From positions 31,293 through 95,292 of the IMG/VR virus record IMGVR_UViG_3300023184_004591: a DNA stretch of 64,000 nt, one strand, 5' to 3'. The stretch is from a virus. Positions 30,491 through 40,664 of this stretch are shown one piece after another. Made by a program: the position numbers and the translations under genes. The notes below the pieces were generated by a model. It had not been told where the DNA came from. It saw only the letters and a list, made by a program, of their open reading frames with translations, and did not search any database. How positions within the stretch are numbered: position 1 is the first letter of the stretch; each line of letters starts with the position of its first letter.

Positions 30491-33364
30491 TTAAAATGTT
30501 TTTTCAACGGCCAAACAAATTTCACCATTTTCATTTATTAATCTTCTCATATCCGTAAAACTGATATAAGCGTGACCTTGTTGGCCCCACGATTTACCCC
30601 AACTATTTTTAATTCTAAACTGTTGTTTTTTTGTGTCAACACCATTAATAACATATGCGTGTCCACCAGCGAGTCTACCTGAAATACTAATTAAACCATT
30701 TCTATCAGGGTAGAACATACCATTGTACCAATTAGTACCAACAACAACAGGACCTACGTTTAATATTGTTGAAACCAAAACGTTCAAATCAAATGTCCAT
30801 AAATAAGATCCTATTTTCCCTGTATTTTTAAGATACTTGGCGGCTCCTCTAACAGATGTCCCATCGTAATTTTCACCTACCCATTCATCAATTTTTTGGG
30901 CCTCTGTGTAAATTAAACTTGGGGGAATAATTGGTGCGATCCCACCATGTTTTACAGGACCATCTTCAATCCAATGAGCCCAAGCGTATCCAACACATTG
31001 TGGTGTATTTCCTTGATTACCCCACCATTCATTATCATCCCAATTTCTAATAGTTAATGGTGTGATAGTTCTTGGTAGTTTATCTTCAATTAAATATTTT
31101 TTATCTCTTTCATCAGGAATATAATTTCTACCTAATTGGAATTCATCCCCAACAGGTTCATCATTAACTACTTGATATGTAAAATCATTAACCTCACAAG
31201 ATAATACATCACAATCAGGACAATCATAATCAAACATATCAAAAGTACCTTTCAATACTTTGAAATTATGTTTAACCTCAGCTGATGACAATGGTGTAAC
31301 ATACATTCTAAATTGAGATATGCCACCTTCAAATGTTCCACCAAAATTTTGTTCCAATAGAATATTTGTTTTCATTCCTGCAAATGTTGTTCCACTAAGA
31401 ATATTCTCAGGAAATAATTCAGGATCTTGAATGTAATTGTTATAAGGATAAGTAGTTGATGAAAAAGTTAAGTTCTCATGTAGTCCTTGAGTTCCTCCAC
31501 CCCACGAAATGTTGAATGGTACCCCAAGTTGTCTTTCTTTATCTGTATTAAGTGCTCTTGGAATAATTTCTTCAAAGTCTTCAATAGTGTAGAACGGTTT
31601 ACCATTAACGTAGATTCTTAATCTACCCATTCTATATTTTTTGTCATCCAACCATTTTTGATTTAGATTAACAAGTTCTATCATTTCAGGTTCCTTTTTA
31701 CCATTAGTAATCGGAACGGTAATTAATTTTACTGTGTCGTTTGCAAGTGAATCAAGATACTCACGTTTAGTAATATCATCTAACCCACCTCTATATTTTA
31801 AATCACAAGTATCTAAATAGGTATACCTACTCCACACAACATTAATGTTAACCCATTTCTCCACATCAAAGAATGGAGCACATTTATCAATACAATAATC
31901 GTATATACCATTTGGTGAACAATATTCAGTTATAGTATAACCTGTTACATAAGTTTGACCAGTCACACAAGTTCCTGATGTTTGACAATCACCGGTAATT
32001 TTCAATACTTTAACTCCAATCTTTGGATTCTTAGGGTCTCCACATAATTTTAATGAGAACGCATTTGATAAAGAATCAAACAATGGATCTTTTTCACAAG
32101 TTTCTTCTATTGAAGTATATCCCGTTGGTGAACAAGTTACACAATCATAACAAGTCTCACACGCCGTACAACTTGGTGTACACACAGGTGGTAATAAACA
32201 ATGTTCCCCACTTTTGGTTGGGGTAAATGATGGTGTTGGTGTTGGAGTACAATAACAACCTTGTTCTACTGTTGGGGTAGGTGTTGGTGTTGGAGTAACA
32301 AAAACGGTAGGACAATTATGTGTTTGACATTCCCACCCACATATATCACATTCTTCTTTACCGCATCCACACCCACAAGTTAATTTTTTTTCTTTATCAC
32401 CACCACATAAATCACAACCATAATTAACATGATAATCATGTTTATTATCAACAGATCTTGGTGGGTAAACGTAAATACATCTACTATTATGTGTATATGT
32501 GTTACAACACGCACAAGTTTCAACAGTTGTTAAACCAGATGTAACTCTTGTATACCCTGTAAAACAATTTGGTGAACCATCAGCATGATGATAAAATTTA
32601 TTCTCAGCTCTTGTCCCAAAATAAAAAAATATATTTTTATTGTTAGGATATATTTCATTTAATGTTGTCTCATCAGGATCCGGAAAATATTGGTCAAACA
32701 ATCTAGGTTTGATAACCATTTCAACAGACCAACCTTTATTCATTCTCTCAGGAAAAATGTCGTAGTCATAACCAAACAATTTATAAAACCCTTGATAGAA
32801 ACCACCATATAATTCGTGGTACTTTCCAAACGTCGGATCTGTTTTACTAACAACCTCATATAAAGTTGTTTTTGGTATTCCCGAAAATCTATGATTAGTC
32901 TCAGTATAACCCGTAACTTGAAACATTTTTAATCTTCTGTCAAAATGTAATCTATCAAATTTTATACTATCATCATATAAACCATTTGTAAAATATATTG
33001 TTTCTCCCGACATTTTGGTAACTAAACCATTGTCTATCCCCGTTAAACCAATATCACAAGCCGTTGACGATGAAAAACAAGTTAAATCTAAATTTTTTGG
33101 GTTATAATAGTTTTGAGAAACAAAAACATTATTAAAGTTATAATTCTTATATGTTAACGTTAGGTCTTGGGCACTTAATGGATCACTTATGTTAAAATTA
33201 ATTGGTAGTCGATTACCATATGTTTGAGCAATTAAAAATGGGGAAAAAATAACCTCTTGATTATAATCCCTTTCATCAGAAGTCAAAGACATATCCATAC
33301 TATCGGACTCAAGATTTATCTTGTACTTCTTATAAACATATTGATTAATATTTTGTTCCGCCAT
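30491..33364 (-). CDS. Cys-rich LamG-like structural protein with a C-terminal papain-like (C1A) protease
   Basis: LamG-like segments (WSVEMVIKP, LRIYVNG, GGISQFRMY) around a Cys/TP insert; C-terminal QGNTPQCVGYAW, GGHAY, IKNSWGKSWG. Confidence 0.8.
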   Translation of the reverse strand: MAEQNINQYVYKKYKINLESDSMDMSLTSDERDYNQEVIFSPFLIAQTYGNRLPINFNISDPLSAQDLTLTYKNYNFNNVFVSQNYYNPKNLDLTCFSSSTACDIGLTGIDNGLVTKMSGETIYFTNGLYDDSIKFDRLHFDRRLKMFQVTGYTETNHRFSGIPKTTLYEVVSKTDPTFGKYHELYGGFYQGFYKLFGYDYDIFPERMNKGWSVEMVIKPRLFDQYFPDPDETTLNEIYPNNKNIFFYFGTRAENKFYHHADGSPNCFTGYTRVTSGLTTVETCACCNTYTHNSRCIYVYPPRSVDNKHDYHVNYGCDLCGGDKEKKLTCGCGCGKEECDICGWECQTHNCPTVFVTPTPTPTPTVEQGCYCTPTPTPSFTPTKSGEHCLLPPVCTPSCTACETCYDCVTCSPTGYTSIEETCEKDPLFDSLSNAFSLKLCGDPKNPKIGVKVLKITGDCQTSGTCVTGQTYVTGYTITEYCSPNGIYDYCIDKCAPFFDVEKWVNINVVWSRYTYLDTCDLKYRGGLDDITKREYLDSLANDTVKLITVPITNGKKEPEMIELVNLNQKWLDDKKYRMGRLRIYVNGKPFYTIEDFEEIIPRALNTDKERQLGVPFNISWGGGTQGLHENLTFSSTTYPYNNYIQDPELFPENILSGTTFAGMKTNILLEQNFGGTFEGGISQFRMYVTPLSSAEVKHNFKVLKGTFDMFDYDCPDCDVLSCEVNDFTYQVVNDEPVGDEFQLGRNYIPDERDKKYLIEDKLPRTITPLTIRNWDDNEWWGNQGNTPQCVGYAWAHWIEDGPVKHGGIAPIIPPSLIYTEAQKIDEWVGENYDGTSVRGAAKYLKNTGKIGSYLWTFDLNVLVSTILNVGPVVVGTNWYNGMFYPDRNGLISISGRLAGGHAYVINGVDTKKQQFRIKNSWGKSWGQQGHAYISFTDMRRLINENGEICLAVEKTF

Positions 33365-33375
33365 TCTTTTTATTA

Positions 33376-33402
33376 ATAAATACCATAAATGAAAGTATTT
33401 AT
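33376..33402. promoter_or_regulatory. Back-to-back candidate late promoters (TATTTAT on each strand)
   Basis: ATAAATA at 33376-33382 (serves 33364, minus) and TATTTAT at 33396-33402 (serves 33419, plus). Confidence 0.6.
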
Positions 33403-33418
33403 ATTAAAAAAAGTTTTT

Positions 33419-34570
33419 ATGATTAACTTTAATACAGAATATTTCAAAAAACCATATTATTTCTTTTTGAAGGACAAAGGAGATAAAATGTCTTTGTATT
33501 ACTCAGTTTCGGAAAATTTAAACGAGGCCAAACAAATTGATAGTAAAATGGATTTTGATAAATTACACGAAAAAAATATTAAAACTTTTATTAGTACCAT
33601 TTTATCCGAAAATAAAAAAATGAGCACAGGTGAGATTACAGGTCGTTTAAAGAAGTATAAGGAAGGTATTACTAGAGAATTTAAAGAAACAAAATTATTA
33701 ATTAAAATTATTTTGTCTTCTGCAAAACAATATTTAAAAGACAAAAATTTTGAATTATCAAAAGAAGAGAAAGATTTCATTAAAGATCAATCTGGGGACA
33801 TCGCTAAATTAATCCCATTAATTGTTTTACAATTATTACCGGGGTCCACATTGGCAACACCATTTATAATTGAATTTGGAAAAAAATTAGGAATTAAATT
33901 GAATAGTAAAATTCCTGAAAAATATAAAGAAAAAGAAACAGAGATTGATAGTGAGTTGGCAGAATTTGTTGATTCAGATGGGACATTGTTAGGGTCTAAT
34001 ATTCCAATGTTAGACCAACAAATGCACCCACACAAAACATTAGACCAAACCGTTAAAATGGCAAGGGCAAATCAATGGCCTTATTACAAACGTTATTATG
34101 GTGAGTCCGAAGAAGATAAATCTGATAAATTATTAGATGAGGTAGACCAATCAGAATCATTTGGTTTTGAAGAAACTGAAGATGTTTCAACATACGACGA
34201 AGCCGATGAAATATTCAAAGACGAATTGGGTGTTGAGGACGATATGGAACGTGAAGAAAGAGTTAAACGTTTAGGTTTTGATAGAAACTTAGACAAACAA
34301 CTTAAGAACGAAAAGAAAAGAGGGATGTGTAGAAATTGTTTCACTAAAAGACGATTGTCTGAATTAGAAAAACAAAAAATGACAGATCTTATTGATGAAA
34401 TATTAGTAAAGAAAAAGAAAAAATCTAACGATGTGGTACCTAAAGATGACTCTGAAGATTCTCCCGTTAGTAAAATATTAATTAAGAATATTGAGTCAAT
34501 TAAAAAAATTGCAGAAAAAGAAGGTATTAGTATAAATAAATTAATCAAACATTTAAAAGAAGGTGAATAA
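33419..34570 (+). CDS. Acidic hypothetical protein with a LETM1-like segment
   Basis: Start MINFNTEY follows TATTTAT (33396-33402). Contains LSKEEKDFIKDQSGDIAKLIPLIVLQLLPGSTLATPFII. Confidence 0.7.
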   Translation: MINFNTEYFKKPYYFFLKDKGDKMSLYYSVSENLNEAKQIDSKMDFDKLHEKNIKTFISTILSENKKMSTGEITGRLKKYKEGITREFKETKLLIKIILSSAKQYLKDKNFELSKEEKDFIKDQSGDIAKLIPLIVLQLLPGSTLATPFIIEFGKKLGIKLNSKIPEKYKEKETEIDSELAEFVDSDGTLLGSNIPMLDQQMHPHKTLDQTVKMARANQWPYYKRYYGESEEDKSDKLLDEVDQSESFGFEETEDVSTYDEADEIFKDELGVEDDMEREERVKRLGFDRNLDKQLKNEKKRGMCRNCFTKRRLSELEKQKMTDLIDEILVKKKKKSNDVVPKDDSEDSPVSKILIKNIESIKKIAEKEGISINKLIKHLKEGE

Positions 34571-35033
34571 AAATTTATATGGTAAAATGATTTCATTACC
34601 GAAAGAAATTACCGAATACTTAGGTAAGTGTTTTGATTATGTACCTAATTCAGATCCGTCTATTGAAGGTCATAAACGTAATATTGATTTACGTGATAAA
34701 GGCCATGTTTCTTATCAACAATTAGGTAGAATGAAAAATTGGTTTGATAATTATGATGGAGATGGTACTGACGCACCTTTTATACTAAATGGTGGGGAAT
34801 ACGTAAAGAATTGGACTAACGATACAATTACTCAATTAAGAAAGGGTGATGAACAAAATACTGAGATACATAGAGATTATATGCCATCTGACGTTAATCA
34901 AGATTTAATTGACGATATGGGTTGGTTGGCAGATATGAATAGACCATCAAAAGAACATAGTTCAGTTAATGATGATTTAAAAATAACAGAAGCCTTAATA
35001 AGGATAAACGACATAATGAAAAAAATAATTTAA
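34563..35033 (+). CDS. Hypothetical protein
   Basis: 156-aa ORF (GTG start) in a tightly coupled operon. Confidence 0.7.
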   Translation: MNKNLYGKMISLPKEITEYLGKCFDYVPNSDPSIEGHKRNIDLRDKGHVSYQQLGRMKNWFDNYDGDGTDAPFILNGGEYVKNWTNDTITQLRKGDEQNTEIHRDYMPSDVNQDLIDDMGWLADMNRPSKEHSSVNDDLKITEALIRINDIMKKII

Positions 35034-35034
35034 T

Positions 35035-35322
35035 ATGGCAACAAGTGAAAGATTAGATTTTAGTCAACCTAATAATGAATTAGGTCAAATTGCTGAACAA
35101 CAAAGACAAAAGTTAATCCCTAAAAACGATTACAAATCGGTTAACCCTTATTCGTCAACCAATAAAGATGCAATGTCCGATGGTGACGAGTTTGGTAAAG
35201 GTACCGGAGTATTCTTAGATACCGCAAATGGTGGTTCATCTGTAGATACTATTGAGCGTATTAGTGAGATAAAGATTAATGAATATCAAAAAAACAAACC
35301 TTACACAACTCCGTCCGCATAA
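35035..35322 (+). CDS. Hypothetical protein
   Basis: 95-aa coupled ORF with DA.SDGDE.GKGT. Confidence 0.7.
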   Translation: MATSERLDFSQPNNELGQIAEQQRQKLIPKNDYKSVNPYSSTNKDAMSDGDEFGKGTGVFLDTANGGSSVDTIERISEIKINEYQKNKPYTTPSA

Positions 35323-35726
35323 TGAAACTTTACAATACATTAAAAGGTCTTATCGTTGAAGTAGCTTCAATTGAATCCGTTGTTGATGCTATTAAAAAAA
35401 AGAGACGTGTTGTAATTTATTATAGTGGTGATGAACCAGGAGGTAATGGTTTAAGAACGATTGAACCTGTTTGTTTTGGGTATAGTAAGAAAGGTAATCC
35501 TGTTTTACGAGCTTGGGATATGGAAGGTGCGTCACATAGGGCATACTTAGGTGAGAAACCTTTACCAAGTTGGAGAATGTTTAGAATAGACAAAGTTCAA
35601 TTTATAAGACCAACGGCAGAGACATTTAATGAACCAAGACCAAACTATAATCCTAACGGAGATAAAAGTATGACTAAAGTTATTATTAACGCAGTCTTTG
35701 ATAACACTGAAGAAAATTTAGCTTAA
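35322..35726 (+). CDS. Stand-alone WYL-domain protein
   Basis: AIKKKRRVVIYY...RTIEP..G...VLRAW...WRMFRIDKV. Confidence 0.8.
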   Translation: MKLYNTLKGLIVEVASIESVVDAIKKKRRVVIYYSGDEPGGNGLRTIEPVCFGYSKKGNPVLRAWDMEGASHRAYLGEKPLPSWRMFRIDKVQFIRPTAETFNEPRPNYNPNGDKSMTKVIINAVFDNTEENLA

Positions 35727-35727
35727 T

Positions 35728-36327
35728 ATGAATTCAGAACAAGATTTAATACAAAAATTAATGATCTCAAAAAAGATCATGGAAAAACACAATGATATGG
35801 GTAGAAATGGTATCCAATCAACAGGTGGTATGTCAGCACCAATGGTGGAAGATTACCAACCTATACAAGCAAGTTATAATTTACCACAAGAATTTTTATC
35901 AGAACAAGAAGTCGCAAAACCAATTAATAATGGGCCAATGACATCTGATAGAATTTTAGGATCTAAATTACCTGACGAAATTAAAAAATTAATGATGGAA
36001 CATCCAATCCAACAACCTACAATGGGGGCGGGTTCTGGGACATTGTCAAATGAGTTAGTTGAAAAAGCAAGTAGATTGATGAATACAAATGCTAAAGGAG
36101 AAATATTAGAGAACAAACAACCACAAAGACAACAACAACCACAATCTAACGTTGGTGTTGACGCAAATGTAATTAGAGACATCGTAAGAGAAACTGTGGA
36201 GAGTGTCCTGAGAGAAAATGGTTTATTAACTGAATCTGAAACTAAAAGTAATGAAGTTTTTAAATTTAGAGTTGGTCAACATATTTTTGAAGGTAAGTTA
36301 GTAAGAGTCAAAAAAATTGCAAAATAA
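35728..36327 (+). CDS. Hypothetical protein
   Basis: 199 aa; SKLPDEIKKLMMEHPI and C-terminal FRVGQHIFEGK. Confidence 0.7.
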   Translation: MNSEQDLIQKLMISKKIMEKHNDMGRNGIQSTGGMSAPMVEDYQPIQASYNLPQEFLSEQEVAKPINNGPMTSDRILGSKLPDEIKKLMMEHPIQQPTMGAGSGTLSNELVEKASRLMNTNAKGEILENKQPQRQQQPQSNVGVDANVIRDIVRETVESVLRENGLLTESETKSNEVFKFRVGQHIFEGKLVRVKKIAK

Positions 36328-36348
36328 TTTAATTTAAAATAAATAAGG

Positions 36349-36380
36349 AACCTCAATCTATGATTGGGGTTTTTTTGTTT
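36349..36380 (+). terminator. Intrinsic terminator
   Basis: AACCTCAATC-TAT-GATTGGGGTT hairpin followed by a T-run, after the 33419-36327 operon. Confidence 0.8.
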
Positions 36381-36386
36381 ATTGGG

Positions 36387-36417
36387 TTGATATTTCCGTA
36401 GATTTAGATTACATTTC
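36387..36417 (+). promoter_or_regulatory. Bacteroidota-like -33/-7 promoter
   Basis: TTG-N20-TACATTTC directly after the terminator and 17 nt before the GT gene. Confidence 0.5.
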
Positions 36418-36433
36418 TATTATTATTAGAACT

Positions 36434-37648
36434 ATGGAAAAAATTAATGTATTAGTATTACCTTCAGACACCTCAGGTGTGGGTAAATTTAGATCGGTAG
36501 ATCCGCACGTAAAATTACAAAATCTATACCCTAACGACTTTCATGTCGATATAGATTACACACCTAACATTCAAGACGAAAATTATTGGAAAAAATATAA
36601 TATTGTTCACTTCCATAGAAATATTGGACAGGACTACGATTCATGTCCAATGTTGATTGAAAAATTAAAAGGAATGGGTATCATTGTTATTGGTGATATT
36701 GATGATTATTGGTTACCAACAAAGGAACACCCTATTCATCAATTAATCGTACAAAATAAATTACACGAAAAGATTGTTAAAAATTTAAAAGTTTGTTCAT
36801 ATGTAATTACAACTACGGAAATTTTTGCAAATGAAATACGTAAATTTAATAAGAACGTAGTTGTGTTTCCAAATGCTATTGACCCAAATGAATCTCAGTT
36901 TAAAGAACCAACATTACCATCAGATAAAATTAGAGTTGGTTGGTTAGGAGGATCTTCCCATTTACACGATTTAAAATTAATTGATGGTACCGTTTCTAAA
37001 TTATCTTCATTACAAGATAAGTTACAATTTTATGTTTGTGGATTTGACACTCGTGGTCATGTTACAGAAATAAATCAACAAACGGGAGAAAAAACTCAAA
37101 GACCAATTAAACCTGAAGAAACAGTTTGGTTAAAGTATGAAAAAATATTCACTAACGACTATAAAATTGTAACACCAAAGTATAAAGAATTTTTAAGTAA
37201 ATTTGAGGACACAGAATATATTGGATCCGAAAATGAAAATTACGTTAGAGTTTGGACAAAACCAGTAACATCTTATGCTAAAAATTATTCTAAATTTGAT
37301 ATTTCATTAGCACCTATACAAAATCATATTTTTAATAGAATGAAATCTCAATTAAAAGTTATTGAGGCAGGGTTTTACAAAAAAGCTTTAATTGCATCAA
37401 ATGTTGGTCCTTATACAATTGATTTAAAACACGCACTTAAAAATGGTGAATTTACAGATGGGAATGCTTTATTAGTGGACAACGCAAGAAACCATAGTGA
37501 TTGGGCAAAAAATATTAAGAAGTTGGTTGACAATCCAAGTATGATTGTGGATCTTGGTGAAAGACTATATGAAACCGTGAAAGACAAATATGACCTTAAT
37601 CAAGTTACTAAAACAAGATCTGAATTTTACAAATCTTTAATTAAATAA
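36434..37648 (+). CDS. GT-B (GT4-like) glycosyltransferase
   Basis: DIDDYW, FPNAID, VGWLGGSSH..DL, DISLAP...FNRMKSQLKVIEAG...ASNVGPY. Confidence 0.85.
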   Translation: MEKINVLVLPSDTSGVGKFRSVDPHVKLQNLYPNDFHVDIDYTPNIQDENYWKKYNIVHFHRNIGQDYDSCPMLIEKLKGMGIIVIGDIDDYWLPTKEHPIHQLIVQNKLHEKIVKNLKVCSYVITTTEIFANEIRKFNKNVVVFPNAIDPNESQFKEPTLPSDKIRVGWLGGSSHLHDLKLIDGTVSKLSSLQDKLQFYVCGFDTRGHVTEINQQTGEKTQRPIKPEETVWLKYEKIFTNDYKIVTPKYKEFLSKFEDTEYIGSENENYVRVWTKPVTSYAKNYSKFDISLAPIQNHIFNRMKSQLKVIEAGFYKKALIASNVGPYTIDLKHALKNGEFTDGNALLVDNARNHSDWAKNIKKLVDNPSMIVDLGERLYETVKDKYDLNQVTKTRSEFYKSLIK

Positions 37649-37649
37649 T

Positions 37650-38102
37650 ATGTCTAATAAAAAAGGAATAGTAGGTTTTACCGCAGGTAACTTTGATTTA
37701 TTACATCCTGGCTACATTTATACATTTGAAACTGCAAAAGAACACTGTGATTATTTTATGGTGTTTCTTCAAAGAGATCCTTCTGAGACACGATTTACTA
37801 AATACAAACCTGTTGTCCCATTATATGAAAGACACAAAACATTAATGTCAATAAAATACATTGATGAGGTTGTAACATATCAAACTGAAGATGATTTACT
37901 AAAATTGATTGAATTTTTTAAACCTGATGTGAGAATTTTAGGAGACGATTATATTGGTAAACGATTCACTGGAGATCATATACCAATGGAAATTATTTAC
38001 ACTACAAGATCACATAATTGGTCAACAACAAAAATTAAAGACTTAATTACAATACAAACTTTAAAACAAAATCCTGAAATTATTAAACAAATTGAATTAT
38101 GA
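37650..38102 (+). CDS. Cytidylyltransferase (TagD-like)
   Basis: AGNFDLLHPGY, ER...L..IKYIDEV, LGDDY, RSHNWSTT. Confidence 0.85.
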   Translation: MSNKKGIVGFTAGNFDLLHPGYIYTFETAKEHCDYFMVFLQRDPSETRFTKYKPVVPLYERHKTLMSIKYIDEVVTYQTEDDLLKLIEFFKPDVRILGDDYIGKRFTGDHIPMEIIYTTRSHNWSTTKIKDLITIQTLKQNPEIIKQIEL

Positions 38103-38815
38103 TAAACATCCCAATTACAAAAATTTTATTCCTCGACATTGAAACTGTAGGGATAACTAAAGATTACGATTCTTGCGTAAAACAATATCCAAGATTGTCA
38201 GAACAATTCGACAAATATTTCGATTGGTTCTTAAAAAGATTTCCTGAAGACGAAGGACTGTGTCCTAGAACCGAGCTTAAGGATTACATCTTTAAAAAAC
38301 GAACGGCATTGGTTCCTGAATTTGCAAAAATAGTTTGTGTTAGTGTTGCATTTGTTATGGACAACAATGAAATTAAAAAACAAACATTTTCAAATGATAA
38401 TGAGGGTGAACTATTAAAAGATTTACAAACGTTATTAAATCGTTGTGGTAAATTGGATTTTTATTTATGTGGTCACAATTTAAAAAACTTTGATATTCCA
38501 ATGATTGCAAAACGAATGATCATTAATGGATTAAAACCTTCTTCAATTCTACCATCATACGATACAAAGCCTTGGGAAGTTAAAGCAATTGATACAAAGG
38601 ATGTGTGGCAATACGGAGCATATACCGCAATTGGTTCATTAGATTTAATGTGTTCTTGTTTGGATATACCAACACCAAAAGGTGGGGATGTAACAGGAGA
38701 CAAAGTTCATGATTGTTATTGGAACAAAGGTATGTTAAAAGAAATTGGTGAGTACTGTGAAAGAGATGTTGATGTATTAATTGACGCAATAATTAAACTA
38801 AAACAATTAAAATAA
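38099..38815 (+). CDS. PolB-like 3'-5' exonuclease
   Basis: FLDIET, GHNLKNFDIP, YCERDV. Confidence 0.85.
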   Translation: MINIPITKILFLDIETVGITKDYDSCVKQYPRLSEQFDKYFDWFLKRFPEDEGLCPRTELKDYIFKKRTALVPEFAKIVCVSVAFVMDNNEIKKQTFSNDNEGELLKDLQTLLNRCGKLDFYLCGHNLKNFDIPMIAKRMIINGLKPSSILPSYDTKPWEVKAIDTKDVWQYGAYTAIGSLDLMCSCLDIPTPKGGDVTGDKVHDCYWNKGMLKEIGEYCERDVDVLIDAIIKLKQLK

Positions 38816-39396
38816 TGGATGACGTTGAGAGATTGATAAAACAATTAGAAGAATTAGATTCAATGTTCGGTGAGGACATGAATGAAATGAATTATGATGA
38901 AATTATAGATAAACATGGTTTTGATCTTTTTGAACTTGAAAAAGAAATGGAGAGTTATCAACCAACAATGAAATTAGAATTCTCATCAAAAAAATATGAC
39001 CCTAACTTTGCATACCCAACTGATTCAGGTATGGATTTATATTCAATGGAATCAATGATTATTGAACCATTTGGTAGAATATTAGCTCCAACAGGAGTTC
39101 ATTTTGATGTTCCTGAAAATTATGAAATTCAAATTAGATCAAAAAGTGGTTTAGCACTTAATCAAGGTTTAATGGTATTAAACTCACCAGGAACCGTAGA
39201 TCAAGGATACACAGGCGAAATTAAGGTTATATTGTTTAACACAACAAATAGTCCTGTTGAAATAAAAGAAGGTCAAAAAATTGCACAAGCGGTTGTTTGT
39301 CCCGTAGTTTGTGGAAAATGGTTAAACTTAATTAAAGTTGATACAATAAAAAATAAAGATAGATCAGATAATGGTTTTGGATCAACAGGTATATAA
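38815..39396 (+). CDS. dut: dUTPase
   Basis: SGMDL, RSKSGLA, GTVDQGYTGEI, IAQ, R..GFGSTG. Confidence 0.95.
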   Translation: MDDVERLIKQLEELDSMFGEDMNEMNYDEIIDKHGFDLFELEKEMESYQPTMKLEFSSKKYDPNFAYPTDSGMDLYSMESMIIEPFGRILAPTGVHFDVPENYEIQIRSKSGLALNQGLMVLNSPGTVDQGYTGEIKVILFNTTNSPVEIKEGQKIAQAVVCPVVCGKWLNLIKVDTIKNKDRSDNGFGSTGI

Positions 39397-39397
39397 T

Positions 39398-39964
39398 ATG
39401 GAACAAAAAATATTAAAACAGGTTATGAGACCTAAAGGGACTCATTTAGAAAACGAATTAAGACGTTTTTGTAGAGAAGCAAAAGAAATAATCGGAGATT
39501 CTCCTACCATCGTTGAATTAGGATCATACATGGGTGAAAGCAGTTTAATTTTTGCCGAAGAATTCCCTAACGGAAAAATATATTGTGTGGATAGCTGGGA
39601 GGGCGGATTTGATAATTCAGATACTTGTAGTGGGGATGACTATAATGATGTTGAAAATCAATTTAATATACGAACAAGTTTGGTGAACAACATTACTAAA
39701 ATAAAGGGTTTATCAACTAGTGTAGGTTTTGAATGTGATTTAGTTTATATCGATGCTTGTCATAAATATGAATGTGTTAAAAATGATATAATTCATTGGT
39801 CTCCTTTTGTTAAAAAAGTAATATCTGGACATGATTACTATGAAGATATTGATTTCTGTAATCGACACCCACATATAAAAGGGGTAAAAATTGCAATTGA
39901 AGAAATGTTAGGTTTACCTGACAAACAATATACCGATGGGTCTTGGTTAATAGTAAAAAAATGA
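39398..39964 (+). CDS. Class I SAM methyltransferase (Methyltransf_24-like)
   Basis: VELGSYMGES, CVDSW, YIDACHKYECVKND, SGHDY; start MEQK at 39398. Confidence 0.8.
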   Translation: MEQKILKQVMRPKGTHLENELRRFCREAKEIIGDSPTIVELGSYMGESSLIFAEEFPNGKIYCVDSWEGGFDNSDTCSGDDYNDVENQFNIRTSLVNNITKIKGLSTSVGFECDLVYIDACHKYECVKNDIIHWSPFVKKVISGHDYYEDIDFCNRHPHIKGVKIAIEEMLGLPDKQYTDGSWLIVKK

Positions 39965-40662
39965 AAATAGGAGTTTGTTTAATAATTAAAGATGAAAATG
40001 AATATGTGGATGAATGGTTGTCCCACTATAGAAAATTAGGTGCGGATAAATTTTTCATTTATGATAATAATAGTTCAACCCCAATTAATGTGGTATCAGA
40101 AGATGTTGATGTTATTTTATGGAACGATGAAAAATTTGGATCTCAAAATAATGCATATTTAGATTGTTGCAATAAAAATAAAGATTTTGATTATATTGGT
40201 TTTTTTGATACTGATGAATTTTATATTTCAAATACAATGAATATAAAAGAAGATATAAATAATTTAACTAATAAATTTGGGAACTTTAGTGGTTTTGGAA
40301 TTTACTGGAGAATGTATGGTAAAACAAATCCATACTATATGGAAAGAAATCCAACTGAAGAATACACCCAATATTTTAATAATGACCACATTAAGAGTTT
40401 CATAGACCCCAAAACAATCAATCGTTTTCCTGACCCTCATTTTCCTTCGATAAATGGTAGGTATATAGATGAATTAGGTCGTACAGTTGTTTCGCCGATT
40501 GGTCAACACACAAGTGAAACAATATGGTTAAAACATATATGGACAAGAAGTTTATCCGAATTTGAATCTAAAATTAAAAGGGGGGACGTAAATAGAGTGA
40601 TAAGAATTATAAATAAAAATGACTTTTTTGTTTATAATGACAAATGCGTAATATCTGACTAA
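39961..40662 (+). CDS. GT-A glycosyltransferase (GT92/GT2-like)
   Basis: CLIIKDENEYVDEWL.H...FFIYDNNS, Q..AY..C, FFDTDEF; start MKIG at 39961. Confidence 0.8.
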   Translation: MKIGVCLIIKDENEYVDEWLSHYRKLGADKFFIYDNNSSTPINVVSEDVDVILWNDEKFGSQNNAYLDCCNKNKDFDYIGFFDTDEFYISNTMNIKEDINNLTNKFGNFSGFGIYWRMYGKTNPYYMERNPTEEYTQYFNNDHIKSFIDPKTINRFPDPHFPSINGRYIDELGRTVVSPIGQHTSETIWLKHIWTRSLSEFESKIKRGDVNRVIRIINKNDFFVYNDKCVISD

Positions 40663-40664
40663 TA

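Noticed and set aside
33499-34596. Ser/Phe-rich minus-strand ORFs and other short overlapping ORFs
   Set aside because: Antisense to well-supported genes, with composition typical of shadow frames.
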